Assembly: GCA_963843145.1 (NCBI GenBank)
Contig: CAWJJC010000018.1
Location: 1 to 14,586 of the forward strand
Direction of reading: 5' to 3'
Source: an uncultured delta proteobacterium
Lineage (GTDB): Bacteria; Desulfobacterota; RBG-13-43-22
DNA: 14,586 nt
Under the pieces are notes generated by a model. The model was not told the origin of the DNA and did no database searches. It was given only the letters and a program-made list of their open reading frames with translations. Below are positions 7,517 through 14,586 of the stretch, piece after piece; the stretch's first letter is position 1, and the number at the start of each line of letters is the position of its first letter. The position numbers and the translations under genes are program-made.

Positions 7517-8998
7517 TTAGGCTGATTTTTCACCGGGGTCTTCTTTCTCCGCCAAGTCCGGCTTCCGGGCGGCCAGGACCTCGTCCAGGCGTCCTACCGG
7601 CGTGGTGTGGGGCGCGGTTCGCAACAACTCCGGGTCGGTCTCGGCCGTCCGGGCGATGCGTTCCATGGCGGCCACCAAGGCGTCCAGGTTTTCCCGGTTC
7701 TCGGTTTCGGTGGGCTCGATCATCAGGGCCTCTTTGACCACCAGGGGGAAGTAGATCGTCGGGGGATGAAAGCCCTCGTCGATCAGGGCCTTGGCAATAT
7801 CGACCGCCCGAACCCCGTACCGCTCGGCCTTGTCGGCCGCCGAGAAAACCACCTCGTGCAGGCAGGGCCCTTCCACGGCCGGTTGCCAGTTTTCAGACAG
7901 TTTTACCCGCAGGTAGTTGGCCGCCAGGACCGCGTCCTCGGCCACTTTTTTGAGACCCGGCCCCCCCAGGGCTAAAATATAGGCGTAGGCCTTGAGGATG
8001 ACGCCGAAGTTGCCGTAGAAGGGCGCGATGTAGCCGATGGATTTCGGACGGTCATAGTCCAGGAAAAACGTTCCGTCGGCCCGCTGGAGCACCCGGGAGA
8101 CGGGCAGGTATTCGGCCAGCTTTTCCACCACCCCTACCGGGCCGGCCCCGGGACCGCCTCCCCCGTGGGGTGTCCCGAAGGTCTTGTGCAGATTCAAGTG
8201 GACGATGTCAAAACCCAGGTCCGCCGGTTTGGCCCGGCCCAGAATGGCGTTCAAGTTGGCTCCGTCGTAGTACATCAGGGCGTCGACCCGGTGGGCCGCG
8301 TCCGCGATTTGTTTAATGTACGGATTGAAGAGGCCCAGGGTGTTGGGATTGGTCATCATCACCCCGGCGACGCGGTCGTTCAGCCGGGCCTCGAAGGTCT
8401 CCGGGGTCATGATCCCCTTGACCGTCGGCACGGGTACCACCTCATACCCGGCAATGGCCGCACTGGCCGGATTGGTGCCGTGTGACTCATCCGGGGCCAG
8501 GATAATTGATTTATCGTTTCCCCGGTCCCGATGGTAGGCGGCCATCAACATCAGGCCGGTGAGTTCCCCGTGGGCCCCGGCCAGAGGCTGCAGGGTAAAG
8601 GCGTCCATGCCGGTAATCCGGCCCAGGAGCTGCTCGGTGTCGTAAAGGACCTGCAGCGCCCCCTGGGCCAGCAGACCGCCTCTTCGCAGTTGGGGCAGCA
8701 GGGGGTGGAGCTGGGCGAAGCCGGGAAGCCGGACCATTTCCTCCGTAAATTTCGGGTTGTATTTCATGGTGCAGGAACCCAGGGGGTAGGTCCCTACGTC
8801 GACCCCGAAATTGAGTCGGGAAAGATTGGTGAAGTGGCGCACCACGTCCACCTCGGCCATTTCCGGCAGCTCTGCCGGCCTGCTTCGGGAAAGTTCCGCT
8901 GGAAGCCGGCTAGCGGTAAAGGCCTCCGTCGGGATCCGCGGCCGGGGAAACATGACGGCCTGGCGGCCGGGACGGCTTTTCTGGAAAATGGTTTTCAT
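7517..8998 (-). CDS. gcvPB: Glycine dehydrogenase (decarboxylating) subunit 2, glycine cleavage P protein beta
   Basis: YPLGSCTMKYNPK, QPLAGAHGE, SHGTNPASA, TNPNTLG, PLP-lysine motif HLNLHKTFGTPHGGGGPG, MIEPTETE. Confidence 0.97.
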   Translation of the reverse strand: MKTIFQKSRPGRQAVMFPRPRIPTEAFTASRLPAELSRSRPAELPEMAEVDVVRHFTNLSRLNFGVDVGTYPLGSCTMKYNPKFTEEMVRLPGFAQLHPLLPQLRRGGLLAQGALQVLYDTEQLLGRITGMDAFTLQPLAGAHGELTGLMLMAAYHRDRGNDKSIILAPDESHGTNPASAAIAGYEVVPVPTVKGIMTPETFEARLNDRVAGVMMTNPNTLGLFNPYIKQIADAAHRVDALMYYDGANLNAILGRAKPADLGFDIVHLNLHKTFGTPHGGGGPGAGPVGVVEKLAEYLPVSRVLQRADGTFFLDYDRPKSIGYIAPFYGNFGVILKAYAYILALGGPGLKKVAEDAVLAANYLRVKLSENWQPAVEGPCLHEVVFSAADKAERYGVRAVDIAKALIDEGFHPPTIYFPLVVKEALMIEPTETENRENLDALVAAMERIARTAETDPELLRTAPHTTPVGRLDEVLAARKPDLAEKEDPGEKSA

Positions 8999-10314
8999 AG
9001 TACCGCCTCCAGGGCTTCGGCGAAACGGCCGATCTCTTCCTTGGTCCGTTTCTCGGTGACCGCTACCAGCAGGTTATTGGCTTGATCCGGATAATAGCGC
9101 CCCAGGGGAAAGCCGGCGGCAAACCCCTTATCGATCAGCCGGCTGACCGCCAAGCGGGCATCCAGGGGAAGCCGGAGGCGAAACTCGTTGAACCAGGGGC
9201 CCCGGTCCACCAGCGCCACTCCCGATATGGCGGTCAAACGGGAACGGGCATAGGCCGCCAGAGCCATGTTGAGCCGGGCCAGTTCCACCAGTCCGTTTTT
9301 TCCCAACAGACAAAGGTGGATCAGAGCGGCCACGGCGCAAAGGGCTTGATTGGTGCAGATGTTGCTGGTGGCCTTTTCTCGGCGGATGTGCTGTTCCCGG
9401 GTTTGGAGGGTCAGGCAATAGCCGGTGCGTCCCTGCCCATCCTTGGTGCGGCCCACCACTCGACCGGGCATGGCCCGGATCAATTCCTGGCGGACGGCCA
9501 TGATTCCCAGGTAAGGTCCTCCGAAAGAAAGGGGCAATCCCAGGGACTGGCCCTCTCCGACGGCGATGTCCGCACCCATCTCCCCCGGCGTTTTACAAAG
9601 GCCCAGGGCCAGCGGATAGCAATTGAGGATGGCCAGGGCCCCCAGTTCATGGGCCCTGGAAAAGTGAGCGGAAAAATCATGGAGACGGCCGAAAAAGTCA
9701 GGGTTCTGCAGGATGACGGCGGCGGTGGCCTCGTTGATAAAAGATTCCAGTGCGGCCGGATCTTCGAGATCTTCTTCCACCAGATCGATTTTCAGGTTGG
9801 CGGTATACGATCGGAGCATGACCCGATAGATGGGGTTGACCGAGGCGCAGACCAGCAGCCGCCGCCGTCCGGTCCGGCGGACGGCGATCATGGCCGCCTC
9901 GAACAGGGCCGTCCCCCCGTCATAGAGCGAGGCGTTGGCGGCGTCCAGGCCGGTCAGGCGGCAGACGGCCGTCTGGTATTCGTAAATGGCCTGCAGGGTC
10001 CCCTGGGATATTTCAGCCTGGTACGGGGTATAGACCGTGTAAAATTCGCCGCGGCGGATCAGGGCATCCACGGCGGCCGGAGTGAAATGGTCGTAAAAAC
10101 CCGCGCCCAGGAAACCGATCAGATGATGGGCATTCATGCCGGCCAGATACCGGAGGTGGTCTGTGACCTCCAATTCGCTCAGGGGCTCGGGAAGATCCCA
10201 GGTTTTCGCTTGCAGTTCCTCGGGGATGACCGCGAAGAGTTCATCCCCGGAATGAAGCCCCAGGGCTCTCAGCATTCCGGCCCGGTCCTTGTCGGTGTGA
10301 GGGGTGAAGTCCAA
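8995..10314 (-). CDS. gcvPA: Glycine dehydrogenase (decarboxylating) subunit 1, glycine cleavage P protein alpha
   Basis: FLGAGFYDH, YTPYQAEISQGTLQ, NASLYDG, GGPYLG, LQTREQHIRREKATSNICTNQAL; TTG start; ATGA overlap with gcvPB. Confidence 0.97.
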   Translation of the reverse strand: MDFTPHTDKDRAGMLRALGLHSGDELFAVIPEELQAKTWDLPEPLSELEVTDHLRYLAGMNAHHLIGFLGAGFYDHFTPAAVDALIRRGEFYTVYTPYQAEISQGTLQAIYEYQTAVCRLTGLDAANASLYDGGTALFEAAMIAVRRTGRRRLLVCASVNPIYRVMLRSYTANLKIDLVEEDLEDPAALESFINEATAAVILQNPDFFGRLHDFSAHFSRAHELGALAILNCYPLALGLCKTPGEMGADIAVGEGQSLGLPLSFGGPYLGIMAVRQELIRAMPGRVVGRTKDGQGRTGYCLTLQTREQHIRREKATSNICTNQALCAVAALIHLCLLGKNGLVELARLNMALAAYARSRLTAISGVALVDRGPWFNEFRLRLPLDARLAVSRLIDKGFAAGFPLGRYYPDQANNLLVAVTEKRTKEEIGRFAEALEAVL

Positions 10315-10317
10315 GGG

Positions 10318-10713
10318 TCAGACCCCTTTCTCCAGAAAGTCCTGATAACCCCGGGAGGACATCAGTTCCGCCACCTCTTCGGGATTGAATTCCTTGAGCT
10401 TGACCAGCCAGCCGCGGCCGTAACAATCCTGGTTGATCCATTCCGGATGGTCTCCCAGGTCCGAGTTGACTTCCGCCACTTCACCGGAAAGGGGAGAGTA
10501 AAAGTCCGCCGCCGTCTTGACGGATTCAATGGTCCCCAATTCTCCCATTCGGTCGACTCGTCGGCCGACTTCCGGGAGATCCACATAGGTGATATCACCC
10601 AACTGCTGCTGGGCGTGGTCCGTTATCCCCACCCAGGCCAGGGCGCCCTCGATTTTCACCCATTCATGCTCGGAAGTAAAATTCAATTCTTCCGGAATCA
10701 AGGTTTGGTCCAT
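10318..10713 (-). CDS. gcvH: Glycine cleavage system H protein (lipoyl carrier)
   Basis: EHEWV, VGITDHAQQQLGDITYVDLP, lipoyl-lysine motif IESVKTA, SPLSGEV, GWLVK. Confidence 0.97.
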   Translation of the reverse strand: MDQTLIPEELNFTSEHEWVKIEGALAWVGITDHAQQQLGDITYVDLPEVGRRVDRMGELGTIESVKTAADFYSPLSGEVAEVNSDLGDHPEWINQDCYGRGWLVKLKEFNPEEVAELMSSRGYQDFLEKGV

Positions 10714-10780
10714 ACCCGATCCTCCCGATTAATTAAGTTCAGCCGCCATTAATGACGACCTCGAAAAAAATCCAAAAACC

Positions 10781-10882
10781 TGTCATTGCGACCCCGGACT
10801 TGATCCGGGGGAAGCTAATCCCCAGCATAGTAGCTAGCTGATTCTGGGGGATTGCTTCGTCGCTTCACTCCTCGCAATGACA
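10781..10882. repeat. REP/MITE-like palindromic element A (GTCATTGCGA...TCGCAATGAC type)
   Basis: Perfect 11-bp terminal IR TGTCATTGCGA (10781-10791)/TCGCAATGACA (10872-10882); inner hairpin CCCCGGA-CTTGA-TCCGGGG; imperfect stem GAAGCTAATCCCCAG/CTGGGGGATTGCTTC. Confidence 0.8.
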
Positions 10883-10948
10883 GCGCTGGGGCCTTTTTGC
10901 GAACATATCAGCAATGACGCCCTCGGAAAAAGCTCAGCAGTCACGGTT

Positions 10949-11103
10949 TGTCATTCTGGGTCCCGCGACAGCGCGGGACCCAGAATCCTCCTACCGACAT
11001 CCTCCGCGGAGTTTATCCTGAGCCGAAAAACCAGATCCTTCGCGTTGCTCAGGATGACCAGCGCGGGGCTGAGGATGACGGCAGGCGAAGGGCTAAAAAT
11101 GAT
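10949..11103. repeat. REP-like palindromic element B (GTCATTCTG.../...CAGGATGAC type), nested and degenerate
   Basis: Perfect 15-bp stem ATTCTGGGTCCCGCG-ACAG-CGCGGGACCCAGAAT (10953-10986); ATCCTGAGC (11015-11023)/GCTCAGGAT (11047-11055); three degenerate copies GCTCAGGATGAC, GCTGAGGATGAC, GCTAAAAATGAT. Confidence 0.75.
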
Positions 11104-12282
11104 CTAAACCGAAAGAGCCCTCAGATATTGGCCCTCCCTTTTCAGAAATCGGGAGACGATTTCCCCCTGGAGTTCCTTCCCCCGATACTCAATGGTTACC
11201 CGATCCCCCGGGCGTAGGTTTCGGTCCAGATAGGCCAGGCCGATAGCCCGGATAAAGGATTTTTCCCCGGGTCGGGACCCGTCGAATTCCCAGGCGGGGA
11301 CCATCGTTCCGCTGGTCAATTCTCCCACTATCCGATCGTTAAATCGAACGGTCGATCCCTGCCGGATCATGCCTTTCCCCCGTACCTGCACCTTCATAAT
11401 CCTCCGGGGGACCAGGCTAACCGCCTCTGACCCTAGTTCCGCCGCCTGGGCGGCCAGGGCCTCCCGGCCCGGGAAATCACTCCGCTCCCGGGTCAGGCTT
11501 ACGCCGCGCAGCGCCTGGGGTAAGGAAAGGAGGGGCCGCTCCGGGCGGAGTTCATGCCCGTACAGCGGTAACCCGGCCTCCAGGCGCAGGGTGTCGCGGG
11601 CGCCCAGGCCGGCGGGAAGGACACCCAGGGGCTCCCCGGTTTTGACCAGGGTATCCCAAAAAGCGCCCAAGGCCTGGGCTGGAAGCATTACTTCGAAGCC
11701 CAGCGGTTCACCGGTGTAACCGCTTCGGGCGGTCAGCAATTCCAGCTTCCGCCAGCGAGCTGCGGCCGTCAGGCCGAACCCGGCGGCGGGTAGCCCTTCC
11801 ACCCCTGACGCGGCTAAAAGGGCCTCGCTCTTCGGACCCTGAACGGCCACCATCGACAATTCGTCGGTCATATCTTGAAGTCCCCTCTCGGATCCCGCCT
11901 GTCGGGTAAGGATTTCCCAGTCCCTTTCCCGGTTGGACGCATTGACCACCAGCAGCGTTTTATCCGGTGTGAATTGATAGAGGTAGGCATCGTCCAGCGG
12001 CCGCCCCTGCTCATCGGAAAACAGGGTGTATTGAGAAAATCCCGGTCGGAGACGGGAAGCGTCGTTGGTCAAGGTCCGGGTAAGGAGGGCCAACCCCTCC
12101 GGCCCTTTGATTAGGAAGCGGCCCAGGTGGCTGATATCAAACAGGGCGCCAAACTTCCGGCAGGCCAGATGTTCGGCGATGATACCGGAAGAATAATTGA
12201 CCGGCAAGCTCCATCCGGCGAATTCGGTCATTCGCCCCTTATGGGCCTCATGCCAGGCATCCAGGGGGGTACGGTGAGACAA
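11104..12282 (-). CDS. gcvT: Glycine cleavage system T protein (aminomethyltransferase)
   Basis: RTPL..H, FAGWSLPVNY, LFDISHLG, LDD, VVNASN, AVQGPKS, RSGYTGE..GFE, GLGARDTLRLEAGLPLYGHE, GELTSG; TTG start with GGAGG RBS. Confidence 0.96.
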   Translation of the reverse strand: MSHRTPLDAWHEAHKGRMTEFAGWSLPVNYSSGIIAEHLACRKFGALFDISHLGRFLIKGPEGLALLTRTLTNDASRLRPGFSQYTLFSDEQGRPLDDAYLYQFTPDKTLLVVNASNRERDWEILTRQAGSERGLQDMTDELSMVAVQGPKSEALLAASGVEGLPAAGFGLTAAARWRKLELLTARSGYTGEPLGFEVMLPAQALGAFWDTLVKTGEPLGVLPAGLGARDTLRLEAGLPLYGHELRPERPLLSLPQALRGVSLTRERSDFPGREALAAQAAELGSEAVSLVPRRIMKVQVRGKGMIRQGSTVRFNDRIVGELTSGTMVPAWEFDGSRPGEKSFIRAIGLAYLDRNLRPGDRVTIEYRGKELQGEIVSRFLKREGQYLRALSV

Positions 12283-12306
12283 AAGGACCTCCCTTGCGGG
12301 AAAAGA

Positions 12307-12837
12307 CTATTTGAACTTCGAGACGGCCGCTTTCAGGGCCTTTTCCACCTCTTTCCAGGCGCCCTCGATCCCCGTCTTCAGGTCTTCCCAGGCCCCTCCC
12401 GATGACTGGTGGAGTTCATCCAACTTGGCTCGAGCGTTTTTCTGTTTGCCCTGCAGATCCTCGATCAATTTGCGGTATTCGGTTTTGGCCTCTGCGGCCG
12501 CCTGTTCCGCTTTGGCCTTCAGCCGGTCGATTTCCGGCTTCCATTCGTCAAACTGGGCTTGCAGCCGTTGAATGTAGACTTCCTTTAAACCGGGCGGCTC
12601 TTTTCCTTCAAAAGGGTTATACCCAGGCTTTTTGTACAAGCGGGCCTCGTTTCCTAATATATCCGGGCGATAGACCTTTTCGGCCCATTCGGAAGGTTCC
12701 ACCTCCTCAAAGGCTACCGACACGGTCTTTTCTTCACAAACGGCAATCTCCATGACCTCCCGGGTGATGGCTTCCGCCAGTCGTTTCTTCTGGTCCTCGG
12801 TCCGCCCGGGATGCAGCTTAATGATTACATGAGGCAT
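12307..12837 (-). CDS. 4-oxalocrotonate tautomerase-family (PptA/YdcE-like) domain fused to a ~95-aa coiled-coil domain
   Basis: The likely start is the ATG at 12837 (GAGGAG RBS upstream), giving M-Pro1[19 protein letters not shown]..[21 protein letters not shown]. The C-part [36 protein letters not shown] resembles a small stand-alone helical protein family (Sll1863-like, from recall). The ORF-track start at 12954 would bury the catalytic Pro1. Confidence 0.85.
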   Translation of the reverse strand: MPHVIIKLHPGRTEDQKKRLAEAITREVMEIAVCEEKTVSVAFEEVEPSEWAEKVYRPDILGNEARLYKKPGYNPFEGKEPPGLKEVYIQRLQAQFDEWKPEIDRLKAKAEQAAAEAKTEYRKLIEDLQGKQKNARAKLDELHQSSGGAWEDLKTGIEGAWKEVEKALKAAVSKFK

Positions 12838-12930
12838 ACGGATGGTCTCCTCTCTTCCGGATAATTGCTCGAGCCTGTTGCCCAATTCCACGAGGCAGCG
12901 AAACCCAAAATTTATTTTATTTCTTGTATA

Positions 12931-12959
12931 GTTATAGCACTTCTCTTTATCCATTTCAA
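12931..12959 (-). promoter_or_regulatory. sigma70 promoter with extended -10 for the tautomerase-fusion / gcv transcript
   Basis: Minus strand reads TTGAAA-17 nt-TATAAC, with TGn directly before the -10 (TGCTATAAC). Confidence 0.65.
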
Positions 12960-13011
12960 ATTGTATAATCTCTTCCGGGGCCGGTACTCATCAAATAAGA
13001 GGAGATCTATT

Positions 13012-13281
13012 GTGCGAAAAATCTTAATCTCAACCACATTATTTGTTTTTTCTCTTTGTTCAATATTTTCTTTTTGTTATGCAGCGGAAAATCAAGCCCT
13101 CCATAATTCCAAAAAGGAAATTCTGGTAGCCAAAGGGGAGAAAAAAGAAGTAGCGGAAAAAATTGAAAAGTTGGAAAAGAAGATCAAGGAATTAAAGGAA
13201 GACAAGGAAAAGACAGAAAAAGAGATCAAAGAAAACGAAAAAGAATTGAAGGAGCTTAAAGAAAAGAAGAAAAAATCATAG
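13012..13281 (+). CDS. Small secreted Lys/Glu-rich coiled-coil protein, hypothetical (89 aa)
   Basis: GTG start at 13012 with AAGAGGAG RBS at 12997-13004; Sec-type signal MRKILISTTLFVFSLCSIFSFCYA|A; heptad K/E tail; TATAAT at 12964-12969. Confidence 0.7.
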   Translation: MRKILISTTLFVFSLCSIFSFCYAAENQALHNSKKEILVAKGEKKEVAEKIEKLEKKIKELKEDKEKTEKEIKENEKELKELKEKKKKS

Positions 13282-13371
13282 AAATCAATTTCTATGAGGC
13301 CGACCCCAATTTACGCCTCTATCTTCAGCCTTTGAAGTGAATTTTCAGCCGACCTTCGAATCAATCCTTTT

Positions 13372-14274
13372 TTAAATTTTATAGGCCACGGTGGTCTTAC
13401 TGACCCCGGGAATCAACCAGCGGCCTTGACTGATCCGGGAGAGCCATTCCCCGGCTCCCCCGAAAATCAAAGACGACACCATTCCCAGGTTGGAAGAAGG
13501 CTTTGTCTTTCCAGAAATGAAAGTTTTTATATTAATAAATCCTATAGTTGCAAGTTGTTTTTCAATAAAAAGTTTAGAAAAATCGAAGAGATGATAAGGG
13601 GTGTGATAAAGATCCAAATACCGGCTGAAAGGACCCAACAGGCGGACAATCGGGGTGGTATGCGGCCAACGAAGCAGCACTACCCCTCCCGGCCTTAAGA
13701 GACGAAAGACTTCCCGGAGCACAATTAGCGGATCTGGAAGATGCTCGATGACATAAAAGAGCGTCACCGCATCATAGCTATTTCCTGGAATTGAAGGATC
13801 AGGCAGGGGAGTGGATCGAATATTTAAGCCCGGGAAATGGGTCTGACAGTAATTTCGGCCGGGTTGAGATATTTCGATGCCATCGGCCCGCCAGCCCCTA
13901 TTGGCCATATAGTGAAGAAAAAATCCATATCCGCTGCCCACATCTAAAATCCTTCCGGGTTTACTCCCTTTTTCGATAATTTTGGCCGATTTTCGAATCA
14001 CCTCCTCCTGGGACCGAGACCAGGACTCTATTTCATCCGGTTTCCCGGGCAGGTAGCTCTGATACGTGGTAGTCAATTCCGGAGAAGAGGGCTGGGGGGC
14101 AATGAAGACTAAGGGACAGAATCCACACTGATAATAGGACCAGGAAGCCTTTTTCGCCACCAGTCGATCGGATGGGGTATGGCAAATCGGGCAGAGGCAA
14201 GGGAATATTTTTTTATTTTTATTATTAATATCAATAGAATGCATATATTTTCTTGACCGGACCGAGTCAATCAT
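13372..14274 (-). CDS. Class I SAM-dependent methyltransferase with N-terminal Cys4 zinc-ribbon-like motif
   Basis: CPIC...CGFC; motif I ILDVGSGYGFF; GIEIS; YDAVTLFYVIEHLPDP; LLRPGG; PYHLFDFS. The start may instead be ATG 14244. Confidence 0.88.
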   Translation of the reverse strand: MIDSVRSRKYMHSIDINNKNKKIFPCLCPICHTPSDRLVAKKASWSYYQCGFCPLVFIAPQPSSPELTTTYQSYLPGKPDEIESWSRSQEEVIRKSAKIIEKGSKPGRILDVGSGYGFFLHYMANRGWRADGIEISQPGRNYCQTHFPGLNIRSTPLPDPSIPGNSYDAVTLFYVIEHLPDPLIVLREVFRLLRPGGVVLLRWPHTTPIVRLLGPFSRYLDLYHTPYHLFDFSKLFIEKQLATIGFINIKTFISGKTKPSSNLGMVSSLIFGGAGEWLSRISQGRWLIPGVSKTTVAYKI

Positions 14275-14315
14275 TTATATCCTAATTCACCTTAAAATGG
14301 GAATCAGGTTTCTTG

Positions 14316-14586
14316 ATGAAAATTTTTTTTTATTATGTCATCTTTCCTCTCTATCGGCCTTTTTACTTAGTAGCGGTGATTATCGACACCCTGCTGCTCG
14401 GCTTTCTGATTATTATTCTTTCACCTTTGGACCCCTCAGGGAATTTTGTCCATTATATAGGAAAGTTTTGGTCCAGGCTGAATATTTATCTGGGGTTCTG
14501 CCGGGTGAGGGTTAGGGGGATGGAACATCTAGATCCTGAAAGGGCGTATATCGTCATGCCCAATCACCAGAGTTTTTTTGATGTTT
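14316..14586 (+). CDS. plsC: Lysophospholipid acyltransferase (1-acyl-sn-glycerol-3-phosphate acyltransferase, PlsC-like), 5' partial, runs off the window
   Basis: Manual translation from ATG 14316: MKIFFYYVIFPLYRPFYLVAVIIDTLLLGFLIIILSPLDPSGNFVHYIGKFWSRLNIYLGFCRVRVRGMEHLDPERAYIVMPNHQSFFDV. Contains the catalytic NHxSxxD (HX4D) motif. Absent from the ORF track. Confidence 0.88.
   Translation, partial: MKIFFYYVIFPLYRPFYLVAVIIDTLLLGFLIIILSPLDPSGNFVHYIGKFWSRLNIYLGFCRVRVRGMEHLDPERAYIVMPNHQSFFDV

Noticed and set aside
9082-10752. 556-aa plus-strand ORF
   Set aside because: Antisense shadow of gcvPA/gcvH in GC-rich DNA; no recognisable motifs.
10877-11217. Small plus-strand ORFs 10877..11107 and 10948..11217
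   Set aside because: Translations of palindromic repeat DNA and antisense gcvT; no RBS or protein-like motifs.
10714-12930. Glycine riboswitch upstream of gcvT or gcvH
   Set aside because: No tandem GGAGA...CCGAAG...CTCTCAGG aptamer pattern on the minus strand; the CTCAGG near 11048 is on the wrong strand and belongs to repeat B. An Rfam scan would be decisive.
12838-12954. 39-aa N-terminal extension of the tautomerase ORF and the overlapping extension of ORF 12865..13281
   Set aside because: Both run through the divergent promoter region; RBS-supported starts are at 12837 (exposing Pro1) and 13012 (signal peptide).
14297-14515. 72-aa ORF in the track
   Set aside because: Out-of-frame overlap of the PlsC-like CDS starting at 14316, which carries the HX4D motif.

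Overview
GC-rich bacterial chromosomal segment; gene content and repeat types suggest Desulfobacterota/Deltaproteobacteria (inference). Left to right: a ClC-CBS chloride transporter (- strand, broken by one extra base in an A5 run); a divergent acyl-CoA ligase; an RHH/VapC (PIN) toxin-antitoxin pair with a near-consensus promoter and operator; a PadR-led operon encoding a membrane protein-SCP2 fusion and an Isf-type Fe-S flavoprotein-SCP2 fusion (the latter scrambled by several nearby indels); a repeat/hairpin spacer; a convergent glycine cleavage cluster (gcvT, gcvH, gcvPA, gcvPB) with REP/MITE-like palindromes between gcvT and gcvH, headed by an unusual tautomerase-coiled-coil fusion; a small secreted K/E-rich protein; a SAM methyltransferase; and the 5' part of a PlsC-like acyltransferase missed by the ORF track. 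The best candidate for an undescribed system is the PadR / double-SCP2 / Fe-S flavoprotein module, possibly with the acyl-CoA ligase, which looks like a membrane-anchored redox system for a hydrophobic ligand. All family calls come from motif recognition by eye; no searches were run.
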